64,000 nucleotides of DNA from Vitrella brassicaformis CCMP3155. Taxonomy: Eukaryota > Protista > Chromerida. Below the pieces are notes generated by a model, which searched no databases, had not been told where the DNA came from, and saw only the letters and a list, made by a program, of their open reading frames with translations. The translations under genes and the position numbers were made by a program. The stretch covers positions 1 to 64,000 of the forward strand of contig CDMY01000288.1 in assembly GCA_001179505.1 (NCBI GenBank), written 5' to 3'. Below are positions 31,244 to 43,640 of the stretch, piece after piece (position 1 is the stretch's first letter; the number at the start of each line of letters is the position of its first letter).

Positions 31244-31519
31244 CCGACAGAGACATAGATGAGGAGCCTGACGGAGCGAAAATGGCGCTGTAGCTTAGGG
31301 GTGGGTTAGTGGGTTGTCGCGCGACTGCCTTGTTTAGTTGGTGGTGTCAGTCATGGTGATGCCAGACACGCAGGCAGACCCTTGCAGACGCGCTGTTGTT
31401 GATAGCTATGAGTGCATTGGACCAATGGCATTGATCAAGTCCGTCCGTCCGTCGTGGGCATCAGCCTGTCTGTCTTGTCTGTTGGTGGGTCCTTTCACGC
31501 CATCTGTCGATCATATCGA

Positions 31520-33347
31520 TCATACCACCATCCGTCCACCCTGTCCATCCATCCAGTCCATCTTGCCTCTCACGGCACGCCAACTAGCGTCATCACATCC
31601 CTCAGTCAGGGCGTGAGAGGCCTCCGAAGTCAGGTCGTCCTCATCGAATCGTGCTGCTGTCTGTGTGGTCTGGCGGGCTGTCACCTCTGCAATCAGCCAA
31701 AGACACACACGGCACAGCCAACATGAATAGGGTGCACTGACGAAGGAGGGAAGGGATGGAAGCCGAGTTCATGAGTGTCTCATGCACCTACGCCTGTCAG
31801 AGTCGAAGGCCGTACGTCGGTTGATTCTCTCGTGGACCTGGTTGGTAGGCCGGCTAACCATCTGGCCGTTGCTCCCCCATTCAGCCCCTACATTCAACCA
31901 GAACAGACACAACACAATCGACATGAGGGAGGTACACCGGGCAGAGGTGGAATGGAGACACGGCGTGGCATGGCGTGGCTGTCTCACGTCCGTCAGTGTT
32001 GGCCTCTATGCCCACCCACCCCCGACCTCCTGCCGCGTTGCGATACTCCCAGTGGGGCCCCTCGCCGTGGCGCTCATAGGCCAATCCACAGCCGCCATGC
32101 GCTTCGATCGTGGTGGTTTTGGTGCTCCGCTGTGGCGCGTACTTGTTGTTGTCCTTCTCGTTGTGGGGCCCTCGCATCAGTCCGATGCCGAGACGGACCA
32201 GCTCCTGCGGTCCAACCACCATGCCGTCATATAGTGCGTTGGCGAAGCGTGCACCGAAACTCCCGCACTGCTCCCGCCATTGGGGCTGCTCCGCTCTCTC
32301 TGCCTCCCACCGATCCCGCTGCGCCATGACACGCTTCTGGGCTCGCTGTTGCTCCTGCGCTCGTGTCTCCTCGATGATGCGGCGCTCCCGCTGTGCCATG
32401 GCACGGTTCTGCCAAGCCTTCTGGGCTCGTTGCTGCTGTTCCGTTTGCTGCCAGATCCGTACTCCCTCTCTCACTTCTGCCAGCCGCTCCGTTTCTTCAG
32501 TCCAGCGCTGAGGATCTTCCCACGGCCGCACGGTGAGAGTCGCAAAGGAGCCAGGATACTTCTGCTTCAGGGCCTTCTCGATCTTTACGAGGTCGTCCTG
32601 AAGCTTGGCTGTCGATGCGGGATTGGCACACGTTGTGTAGCCCTCAGTCAGGGCGTGAGAGGCCTCCGAAGTCAGGTCGTCCTCATCGAATCGTACTGCT
32701 GTCTGTGTGGTCTGGCGGGCTGTCACCTCTGCAATCAGCCAAAGACACACACGGCACAGCCAACATGAATAGGGTGCACTGACGAAGGAGGGAAGGGATG
32801 GAAGCCGACTTCATGAGTGTCTCATGCACTTACGCCTGTCAGAGTCGAAGGCCGTACGTCGGTTGGTTCTCTCGTGGACCTGGTTGGTAGGCCGGCTAAC
32901 CATCTGGCCGTTGCTCCCCCATTCCCCCTTCTCCTTCGCTGCTTGGGGCTCAGCCGTTTTACTTGCAAACGCGTCCGGGTATTCCCGCCTCATGGTCGTG
33001 TCGTTGGTGGATATCGTTGGAAACATTTGCTGGGCTTTGCAAATGCTTTGCAGTACCAACTTCAAGTTCTCCTGCTCGTCCGCTCTGCCCCCCAGTAGCC
33101 CCCATTGCCTTGACTCGGAGACTTTGCATGCATACCGTTTTTTCCCTCTCTCGTACTTGTTTGATCTCCCATGCACTGCCTGTCGGCTTCTGAGCTCAAT
33201 CCAATGATACTTATGACAGCCGTCTCGCGTGCTGTCTTCACGACTGTGTTCCTGGCCTGGCAACACGGTATTGGCCGAATACACGACCACAGCTTTCTTT
33301 TGCAATGACAGATTGATGTCCCTTTCTGTAGTGGAGGCGGCAAACAT
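31520..33347 (-). pseudogene. Rearranged relic of the N-terminal exons of a family-B kinase gene
   Basis: VGPQELVRLGIGLMRGPH...ERHGE and AEVTARQTTQ...DDLTSEAS match B2 at 55820-56380 (VGPQELASRCIGLMRKPH...ERHGE; AEVTARQTMQ...NDMNSEAS), including flanking intron sequence. No kinase exons follow. Confidence 0.7.
31599..32924 (+). repeat. 284-bp near-identical direct repeat (31599-31882 and 32641-32924)
   Basis: Offset is 1042 bp at both ends; about 4 substitutions seen by eye. Confidence 0.95.
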
Positions 33348-34999
33348 TGGGGGGAAATCAGAGGGGAGCCACCACTCAGTCTTCCGCCACAGCTCCAGCA
33401 GGGACAGCCATCCAGCGCCGCCCAGGCCATCTCATTATGCGCCTATCGGGATGCCAAGACTGATCAGTTTGCAGGGGATGCCTGTTCAACATGCCGATCC
33501 AGCTGTCCAGAGGAGAGAGCACGAGACGAAATACGCCACCGGTGAGGGAGAGGCAGAGAGAGAAGGCCACACTCATCTGGATGGGTGGGATGGATGGATG
33601 GGTTTGTGGCTTTCGTGTTCTCGTTCAGTACCCATATCGATGCATTTGAGTCAGCCCCACAGCGGCAACCCAAGCCCCAGCTCGTCTCATGATCAGGCGT
33701 CTTCCCACCACGTCGCCACGACACATCTGTACGTGCCCCCCACCCACCATCATGATGTGAGGGAGCAGGACCGTGTGCAGCAAGACAGAGCGGTGACGTA
33801 CCACGCGCCAGTGAGCCCCATCTACCCCCAGGGTGACTAAGGGTGATGTCTCTCCTCCAATCTCTGTTTTTCTATCTGTCAAGTGTCTGCTTGTGTGTTG
33901 TTAGTGTGGCCGCATGGTGTGGACTATCCCATTCATCCGATGCAGCAGCCAGTGATGCCCCTGCCGCCAACCGATGACACCCCCACAACCTCCTTGAGGG
34001 AAGCGGCGAATGTCATAGTTCTTCTGCTGCTGCCGTTCTCTCTTTCGCTGGCCATTGTGGCACTTGCCAGGTGAGTGGAGCCCTGTCTGTGTGTGTGGAC
34101 CATACGTGTGTGCGCCTGTGTGGGAATGGTGCTTGCAGTGTGTTGGTGTCCGTGTGGAAGAAAAGGAGGCCGTACAAGAGGTTCTGTGGATAATAGGGCA
34201 GCTCAAGAGCTGAGAGAGAGAGAGAGAGAGACTAGGACCTGCTGATATGATTGAGCCATAGGCGTAAGCACACACGCTAGTCTCCTTAAATGCACGTCAC
34301 AAGCAAGAGAGACATGCATCAAAAGAGCCAGCCGCTCATGCGCACTCCTACCTCCAATGAATGCGGCTGAGAATCCGGGCGAGACATAGCTGCGCTGCTG
34401 CTTTGCGTGTGTTGTCAGGAGTGTGCCGAATCCATCTCGACTGCTTCAGCCCGCCTGTCGCTTCGGAAGGCTGGCTGACACTGTCGATATCGATTCGCAA
34501 CACTCATGACGACACACGTACAGTCACAGAGCAATCGATGCCTAGGTGCATGGTGAAAACACACGTCGACGTCTGTTCGTCCACAGCACGTTCCGTGGTG
34601 ACGTATTGTGTCGCGCTGCCTTCTGTGCCTTCGCAGCGCCCAGCTGACACTTATTCGCCCGATCTGTGCCGCCCAGATCCAGCGAACCAGCGGCGGGTGG
34701 CCTACAGTGCAGGCACCCCAGCGTCAGAGCCACACCACACAATGAGCAGGTGAGTGACGCTACAACCAAAAGGCTCTTTCTCGACTGGCCGGCATCATCC
34801 CATTCCATCACACATCGCTCATACACGCACACAGAACCTGCCACCGTCTTGACGCATCGGACGCGCATACACACACACACACCGCTCCCCCACCCATTTC
34901 CCCTACCGACTCTCAGCTAGCTACCAGCAGCCTCTTGACGCCCGCCGGGCTGCCCTCGGGGCTCCAAGCGGCGTTCCCTTGGTCGGGTCGCCTGCCGCC

Positions 35000-37900
35000 T
35001 TATCTCTGGCCGATGGCCCCTGACGCCTGTTGCCGCTTCAGCTGGCGAATGAGGGTGTGGTAGTGCTGCAGCGGTTCACGCAGCCTTGGCATCAGGTCCT
35101 GGGGAAGGAGAGGAAAAGGAACAAGTTTAGGAGAGGTTGGTGGTGTAGAAGGAAGGGNNNNNNNNNNNNNNNNNNNNNNNNNNNNNNNNNNNNNNNNNNN
35201 NNNNNNNNNNNNNNNNNNNNNNNNNNNNNNNNNNNNNNNNNNNNNNNNNNNNNNNNNNNNNNNNNNNNNNNNNNNNNNNNNNNNNNNNNNNNNNNNNNNN
35301 NNNNNNNNNNNNNNNNNNNNNNNNNNNNNNNNNNNNNNNNNNNNNNNNNNNNNNNNNNNNNNNNNNNNNNNNNNNNNNNNNNNNNNNNNNNNNNNNNNNN
35401 NNNNNNNNNNNNNNNNNNNNNNNNNNNNNNNNNNNNNNNNNNNNNNNNNNNNNNNNNGTGCCTACGATGACTCTGATGGGCTGTCTGTCGTCTGGGCCGA
35501 GTATCTCGCGGATCGGGTCGGTGGGAATGAAGCCCTGATGGTTGATGGATACAGAGTAGGGACACGGACCACGTATGTGCGTGCAGCCTTTCGTATGCTC
35601 ACCCAGTCGGCGCCGTCACTGCTGGTGATGCGCATCACGTTCTTCTCCCTGACCACACAGAATGCAGAGAAGCGTGTGAGCACGACCACGACACAACACA
35701 TGCACCTGTGCCGCTCTTACTGTGTCTTGCCGCGGATCTGGGCAGCGAACTTCATTATCAGATCCTGGGGCAACTGACCAGAGACAACAGACATGCGGTC
35801 GTGAGAAGGTCGCCCTCTCCTTCCTTCTTTGCTGTCTGTGCACACACCGCACCGTTGGCAGTGGGCTGTCGATGGAGGTGATGCTGTACATGCGGTGGAA
35901 CAGGTTCTCGCCAAAGACACCCTTGTACCGATCTATCGCCTTGCTGCACACACACACACACACACATACAGACATACACACCACGCACCCCCAATCAACC
36001 GCCCCCTCCCGCCACCGATGTTCCCCCGTTCCGCGCCCACCTGAGCTCCTCCGCAGACAGAGATGGCTCCCCCTCGTCGACAACGGCAGCAGGTGGCTCC
36101 TCTCTGCCCACTGGACGCGTGCCGTTCAGGTCCGGTACTACTGGCACCACCGGCACCTTTGGCACGACGGGCACCGATGGCACCGACGGCTGCTGCATGG
36201 GCTGCTTGGGCTGCGACGGTGGTGGGGGTGGCGGGGGAAGTGGTGCTGTGGCACCACCTGGCAAGGGAGATGGCGGACCCACAGGCTGATGGATCAATAT
36301 ACACAGACACACAGACACTCATGGTGTGTGTACCTGTACGCCTGAGGCCACTCCCCACCGTGCCCAGCTCAGCTTACCACTAGATCTGCCGACCCCTGTG
36401 GCTGTGTGTGTGCTGGTCGTGCCGGCTGCTGTTTGGGCGGCTGCACTGGGGCCGGCCCGGGCGAGCTGAACTCATCTTCGCTGTGCTGCGTCTTGGCCCT
36501 CGGACGCACCAAGGCAACGGGCGGAGGGGGGCCCGGGGGCTGAATTCAGCCCAGCCAATCACACCACATACATGATGAGAAGTGTCCGTGTGCGTCGGTG
36601 TAGTGTCTGTGGTGCCCACAGGTGGTGGCTGAACGGTCGTCTGTGGCACGTCGGGGACGAGTGGGGGTGGGGGCGGGGGAGGGGGAGGGGGCGCCATCGA
36701 CGAGCCATTGTTCTGGTCGACGCCGGCGCCTTCGATCGTGAAGGCGCGACTGAGTGGGTTGCCTGAACACACCAATGAGAGAGGGGAGGCATGGATCTGC
36801 GTGTATGTATGGGAGAGTTTGGGGGTGCGTTTGCTGACCGTCTTTGCCGAATATGCGCCATGCGGACGATATTGGGCCCACACGGTCGGGCACCACACGC
36901 ACCTGAATCGACACCAGGCCACCTGTGGACACACACGAACACACACACATCGACTGTGTACACGCATCGAGTGGGTCAGGGTCGGTGCGTGTACCTACCT
37001 GGTTTGATGGGGATGTCTTTGCAGCATGCTATGGGCTGTGTGTCGCCCTCTGGGGAGAGCAGGGTGCCTCCGGCCTCCATCTTGATGTACGCCCCCGCCG
37101 CCCACTCCTTCTTGGAACTGTTGGAGAACTGCCTGCAGTGGCAAAGAGGACACACACACAGATGCGTACCAATTTCCGTGCGCGTCGTAGTGGGTGCGTT
37201 GACTGACCAGCTTGCGTGTACGGGGAGGCCAACGGGGAGGTCGCCCAGGTTGCTCTTGAGGGCGTCTGCAGTGGTGATCTGCAGCACGTCAAGAGGTTAG
37301 CTCGACTGCATACCATCTATCTCGCACCATGAAGCCTTGTGTGTGGGAAATACCCTGTCGGTAGCAGTGGTGGTTGCATCGCTCGTGGCCACACTAGCAC
37401 GATCTGCACTCGCCAGTACAACCCTCTGTCATCCAGTTCCCTGTATGTGTCATTCCCCGACTGACTGACCTTTGTCGGTCACGATCTGCATGTTGGTCTC
37501 GCCCAGCTTGGCCACGAGCGCCGTCACCTGGTCTTCAACAAACCGACGGGCGCTCGTCGCCGTCTCGGTGCCGTACAACTCCAAAAACGACTTGAAGTCA
37601 CTCACTGTCAGCAATAAACACACCCCCACACACAACCACGATCCAACACCAACACCCACGATGTCGGTTGGATGCGCGACCCTCCCACGTACCAGTGTCT
37701 TTGAGCGCGGCGATCTCCCTGGTGAGTCCTCTGACAAGGCCGCCCAGCTGCCGCCCCTCCAGTGACGATGCAGCACCTGCCTCCTCACGCTGCCCCGTGC
37801 TGCTGATGCTGTTGTCCTTGTCGTTGACGACAAACATGAAGGGCGTGGGTGTGCTCGTGTTGGCGTGTTGTGCGGCCATGAGGCCGTGGTCGGTGAGGGC

Positions 37901-38242
37901 AGACTGGAAGTCAGCCGGGGAGCTGATGGTGATGGCAGGCCCGCCGACGTGGTCCACTGCACCCACACACACACAGACATACAACACAACACAGCACAAC
38001 ACAGCACAACACAGCACAGCACAACACAACACATGCACGTGTGCAGGTGTCTGCCGATGCGCCAGTGTGCTTTTGGGCACCTTCCAAGCCCCGTTTCCCT
38101 TACCATAGCCCAGCGTGGCGATGTCGGTGTTGACGTCAGGGAATTTCGCCTTGACGGCTGCCCGCAGCTGGTCGAGCGATTCCACCTTTCCCTCATACTT
38201 CCTGACCTCGTCGTGGTGCCTAATCTTGGGCCGGTCCACCAT
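35000..38242 (-). CDS. PB1 + FW (NBR1-type Ig-like) domain protein, NBR1/p62-like
   Basis: N-terminal PB1-like region with basic KIRHHDEVRKY and acidic-loop-like GYVDHVGGPAITISSPADFQSAL. FW-like FSNSSKKEWAAGAYI...IKPGGLVSIQVRVVPDRVGPISSAWRIFGKDG. Pro-rich linker. Last exon DLMPRLREP...GQR* (TAA at 35000-35002) lies beyond the gap. Confidence 0.7.
35158..35457. other. Assembly gap (300 N) inside the PB1-FW gene
   Basis: Run of N. Confidence 1.
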
Positions 38243-38521
38243 GGCCGCTGCGCTGCGCAGACACGAACGAGGCTGCAGGATCTATGTGCCGCTTGCGGCA
38301 AAATGCAGGGAGCGAGGCTCACACACGCCGGATCTGTGCGCACTGAGGTGTGACGAGCGCCAGATCCGAAGTTTTGATCACCTACCCGAGCTCGCACCTC
38401 GGGGACGAGGAGGAGGATGACACTCCTGCATGCATTCATCTTCTCGGTCATCTGTCCGTCCGTCCGTCCGTCAACACATGGAAGTATACGGCAATTCACA
38501 GTAGTCCATTCGCCATACAAA

Positions 38522-39745
38522 CTACACTACACCAGTCAGTCCATTCGCCGCTGCCCTCTGTCTGTGGTATTTGAGTGCAATCAGCGGATCCCACCACATC
38601 GCCGTGGCCGTCAGGGCCGCATCTACACACACACACAGAACCACACACGCCCCACAAAGCGACACACAAGATGTCCAGCCACCCATACGCACATACCCAC
38701 GTTCACTTGGTCGCCCACCTGCGCCAGCCTCCAAGAAGTCGCGAAAATGCTCCGGCTGTGTGATGCCGCCCACACCCATGACGGCCATGCCATCCATCCC
38801 GCCATCCTCACGGCGGATCCGCGCCGCCTCTCTGATGAAAGCAACCGCCCACGGCCGGATGAGCTCCCCGCACACGCCGGCGGTGGGCCGGTCTGCACCA
38901 AGGGCGGGCACACACGCGCCACTCTGTGTCTTGTGGACAGTCATGGGCACGCTGTTCAGGCCGCAGAAGGCACGGACGCCTGCTCGTGAGGCCGACTGCA
39001 TCACCTGAGGCACACAGACGGAGAGAGGTATTGTGTGCGGTTGGTTCACGGCTCTGTGTCTGTGAGAGAGCTACCTGTTTCTGTAGGTCTTGTTGATGAG
39101 GAAAGTCGCCCACTTTGACGATGACGGGTGTGGCTGTGGGCTGCAGCTCGGCCACCACACGCTTGGACAGATCATACACACTCTGAAGCGACAAAGCGAC
39201 AAACATGACGGTTCGTGGCGCCGCAGGAGAGCATTGCGTGGTGACGTGCGTGTGTGCCATGCCTGTGGGTCTTGGTAGAGCGAGCCACTCTTCTTGTCGA
39301 CATTGGGGCATGACAAATTCAGCTGCACACGAGGGAACAACACACAAACGTGCATGTATGTGTATCCCCCGTCAGTCACGACAGTCGCTGACCTCCACAG
39401 CCATCGCCCCGTGCTGCTGTGCGAACGAGGCGGCCTCCGCATAGTCATCACCCAACGACACGCCATCACTGCGCTGCGTGCCCACCTGACAACAAACACC
39501 TCCACGGATGCCTCAATCGCGATTGGTCTGCCAGGCTTACCACCGACACGATGAGCATCTGCCCCTCCCCTATGCCCTCCTTCGCTTTGCGCAGGTCGGT
39601 AGCCAGGTACTCCCGGCTCATCGACGGCATGCCGTATGAGTTGGTGATGGTCAGCGCAGACACCGACGGCAGCCGCTGCTGCTGCTGGTCCTCACACACC
39701 CACACCTCGTGGCCTCCACCAGGCTGATCAACAGAATACCACGGC

Positions 39746-39778
<33 letters not shown>

Positions 39779-40284
39779 TGTACCTTCTCCTTGAGAGTTG
39801 ATGTGTCGACGAACAGCGAATTGGGCACCGGGTGTGAGGGGTGCTCTCTCGACCGTATCGTCTTGTACGTCACAATGTCGAACCCCAGCTGAGCAGCGAG
39901 AGTCGTCCACTTGGACCCAAGCAAAGGACCTGATCAACAACCAGTCAGCCGAACGGCATGAGTGGACATCAGCACACACACATAGCTAAGGACACACCTG
40001 CAGGCACGCCGACGGTGGAGTTCAGCTCATGGCCGAGGAAGGAAACGCGCTCAGAGAGAGGGACGGCCGGGCGGGGAGGGAGGGACTCGAGGACTGATGG
40101 AGGACTGCATCCAGCACACGCACCACACCATGGAGGGGTTGGATGAGTGAAGGGACTCATTGCATTGACTGCACAAGCAGATCTCTCACCAGAATGGGCC
40201 TTTTTGAAGATTCTCAATATAGGAGAGGTTCGGGTCATACAAGGGCGGGTGGACGCCAATCCATTCAGCCATTTCAGACGCCAT
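38522..40284 (-). CDS. Dihydroorotate dehydrogenase-like FMN oxidoreductase, class 1/DPD-type (catalytic Cys)
   Basis: Exons read LNSTVGVPAG, SKWTTLAAQLGFDIVTYKTIRS, ITNSYGMPS, LIVSVV, LNLSCPNV, PVIVKVG, GLNSVP, GVCGELIRPWA, GVGGITQPEHFRDFLEAGA: the full TIM-barrel DHOD motif series. Confidence 0.85.
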
Positions 40285-40343
40285 CGCTACTGCGCGCAAC
40301 ACATTTTGAGCTCGCAAAAGCACCTCCTCCCTTCAGAACTGCG
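40285..40343. promoter_or_regulatory. Putative very compact bidirectional promoter region
   Basis: Only 59 bp between the divergent ATGs at 40284 (-) and 40344 (+). Contains the near-palindrome TTTTGAGCTCGCAAAA. Confidence 0.45.
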
Positions 40344-42414
40344 ATGGAAGAGGAGGATCAACATCAGCACCAGCCTCAGCAGCAGCCCTTCCACCACCAC
40401 CTGCTTGACACTCTGCCCCACGCTCTTGTCCACTCCATCTGCTTCTTCCTCGACATCGCCTCCCTGGGCCGCTTAAGGCAGGCGTCCTCGCGCGTGCAGC
40501 CCGTCCTCGACGAGTACGCCAACTTCTGGCGCATCTACTGCCACAGCTACAGGCGGCTGAGCGCTCTCGCCCTGGGAGGCGCCACCACCGACTGTAAGAT
40601 AAGACATCAAAAGAAGTGGAGTGGGCGACGTGACGACGTGAGTGTTGATGGAATGTGTGTGCGTGTGAATGCATGCAGGCCCTGGGTGGCGGTCAGTGGC
40701 TGAGGCGAGTTTTCGCCGGCTGCTGAGGGCATCAGTCGTCGGACAGAGATGCTACGCTGCGGCGTCGGCAGAGAGACTCACCAGCGCGCACAAGCCTCGG
40801 TGCCCACCGCTCGAGCGAGACGCCCTCAGCCTGCCGGCTGCACACATGTAGGAAGGCCCAACCGACACTTACGCACACACAACAATCACATAACTGACTG
40901 TGCACATGTGGGTGTTGTGTCCTGTGCAGCGTGTGTCTGTCTGGTCTTGACGTCCGCCATGACGTGTCGTTTCCCGACCGAGAGCCCCTCACCGCCCCTC
41001 CCCACTCCTTCCTCTTCCACTGCCCCCAGCCCCGCCCATTCAACCCCGCCCCCAACCCGTTCCCCCCCGGCTTCAACCCGCTCCCGCTGCATCTCCAGGA
41101 CAACGCGAGCAACGGCAGTGGGTCAGAAAGCAGCTCCTCTGACGAGCTGGAGACGCAATTGAGGAGGTCAGCCGTCCCTCAGCCAGCCGCCGTGTGTGAC
41201 GAGATAAGGAAGGCGGAGAAAGAGGGGCGGGGGGCTGGGGCGGGGGAGGGGCTGCGCCAGCTGTGCGTGGGCGACACGCCGTTCAGACAGAGCATCGGCA
41301 TGTTCAACCACAAGATTGATGGGTAAGGGAGGCAGGCAGGCAGGCAGGCAGTGACGTACAACGAACGGCAGACTGGGTATGGTATGTGTGTCTGTTCAGC
41401 TGCAGGACGTTGCTGGTCGACCCATCCCCCGCCACGATGATCGCCATTTCGGCATCGGTCGGTGTGGACGGCCATGTGGTTGCCGTCTTCACCAACGACT
41501 ACCCCGTGAGGCGGACACGGCAGCCCCTCACCATGGGCAGTGCTCAAAGGGCGGCGGGGCGAGAGATGGAGCAGGACGCCATGGCAGCCACGTGCCCACA
41601 CTTTGAATGTGAGACAATGGGTGTGGGATAACGATAACGGTCGGAGCTTTCGCCATTCTCTGTGGGTGCTTCTTGTGTGTGAGCAGGTACAGAGGAGGTG
41701 TTGACGTGGGTGGCTGCCTGGCTGGGCAACGTGTCCCTGCTGTTCGGCATCCGCGACCTCTGCCACAAGACGCGTTTCAACCATCCGATGCTCCATGGCT
41801 TCACCGCCATTGTCTTCGATGTGCCTGGTAAGACTACTTAGCGCAGTGTGCCCGTCTGTCTGTTGATATCTCTGTGTGTGAATGTTTGTCTGTGTCTGTG
41901 TGGTCAGAGCGCTTGTTGTCGACATCGCCGCTGCCCGACCCCATCCGCCGGTCACGGCTCCTGGCGCGCGTCTTCATGACGCTCCAGTCCTGCCACGCCA
42001 CCATTGCCAAACGTACGACCCGCACGGCACTCCACACACGTCGCTCATGCACACACACGAGGAGCACCATTTGCCCCTCCCTCCCTCCCTCCCTCCCTCT
42101 GTATGTGCAGACATATCGGAGGTGCATGTGTGGTGTGTGCTCCGCGACGAGCGTGTTGCGATCCCACACATACCCACCCTCACGCGCCTCAAGCCGGGGT
42201 TCGATGCCGCGTGGCGGCTGCAGGGCTTCCCGGAGATACAAGAGGTGAGTGACCGCCACACACACGACCGTCCACCCATCCATGGTGCTGCGCTGTCGTG
42301 TGTGGCATGGATGTGTGTGTGCAGCACAGGAGCGTGGATGGCGAGGCATACCGCGGGATGATGGTAGTGTACGCGTTCAACCGCTTATATGTGGAGGTGG
42401 AAGAGGTCGACTGA
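40344..42414 (+). CDS. N-terminal F-box protein with uncharacterised C-terminal domain
   Basis: LDTLPHALVHSICFFLDIASLGRLRQASSRV...FWRIYC is F-box-like. In-phase GT-AG exons run to ...YVEVEEVD* (TGA 42412-42414). Confidence 0.75.
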
Positions 42415-43640
42415 CTGACTGAGTGAATGAATGGCTGACTAATGGGGTGGGTTGTGGTTTGGTGGGTGTGTAAAGCTGATAGAAGGATGGGCGGGGTGGG
42501 GTGGTGCTTGCTTAAAGGGGTTTCGGGGGTTTGGGCCTTTTTCGTGTGTGGGGGCGGTTTGTCAATTGTACGGGTTGGCCAGCTGCGGTGTGTCGAGCGA
42601 GCATTCGTGTGCTCCTCCCCCACCCCACATCCCATCCCCCACATCCGGGGTGGGATGCGACGCGGGGGCGGAGTAGGGCGAAGGCTTGCCCGACAGACTA
42701 GGCTGACGTGCCGCTGCTGGTTTTGCCAGTGGGGAGGCGATGATAAGCATGCAAGCAAGAGTGTGTAGATTGGCTGTGTTGCTACTGCGACAATGGCTCC
42801 TGGTGTTGGAGTCGAACGCTTGCCGGGATGACGTGCGTCGGCCGGAAAGACACAACGAGCATACGAACCGTTCGTTTGCTTCTTTTCTGTCCGGCGTACG
42901 TCATGTGGCACGTTCGGCGTCATCCTCCTGATCCTGACCTGCACCTGCCGAGACGCACATCGATGGTTGCTTGTTTTGTTGAGATGAACCGTCCATCTAT
43001 CGCACGCGCACGCTGTCTAGCCTGATGTTGGCGCATGTGTGTCGCGAAGCATGCGTCCATGGAACCGTCACCGTGCAGAGGCAGTTTGTGTGTGGCTGGT
43101 TTGCCTTGTGGATGACGGACGGAAGTCTATGCTTGATTCAAGAGACACGGACACACCTGGTTGCCCTGCGTCAAGTGTACTCGTTCGATCCATACACACA
43201 CACGTATGACACATACACCTGTCAGTCAGTGGCACTGAAACAACATCTCCTTCACCTCTCGATTCACCCGCACCCGGCCCTCATCCAGTGCCACGCCAGC
43301 ACCACCACGCCGCCCACTACAGGCATACCCATACCCCCCATCGCACCCACCCCTCTCACCATTCACACCAGTCCTCCCACGCCACCTCGCCCCACCGCCT
43401 ACAATCGGCGGGAGCGTCACGGCCGACACCGGGCTGGCCGTCGAGTCGTTGTGTGCATATGTTGGCGTGCCTGACGAGATGACGACCTTGGCGCCACCGT
43501 TGAGAGGGGGGAGGCGTGTTATGGGGTGCCGCGATCGACGGGCGAAACAGGGCGGCACTGAGGGAGGGAATGGACGAATGGCTGTGTACACGGATGCACG
43601 GAATAGTGAGTACGTGTCTCTGTGCCTCATTTTAGAGCGC

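Noticed and set aside
31599-32924. LTR retrotransposon or solo-LTR pair
   Set aside because: The repeats lack TG...CA ends, no target-site duplication, PBS or PPT was seen, and they consist of kinase-gene exon and intron sequence.
33400-34950. Gene in the region before the assembly gap
   Set aside because: Only short, mutually incompatible ORFs; nothing recognisable.
35030-35565. ORFs spanning 35030-35565
   Set aside because: Artefacts of reading through the N gap.
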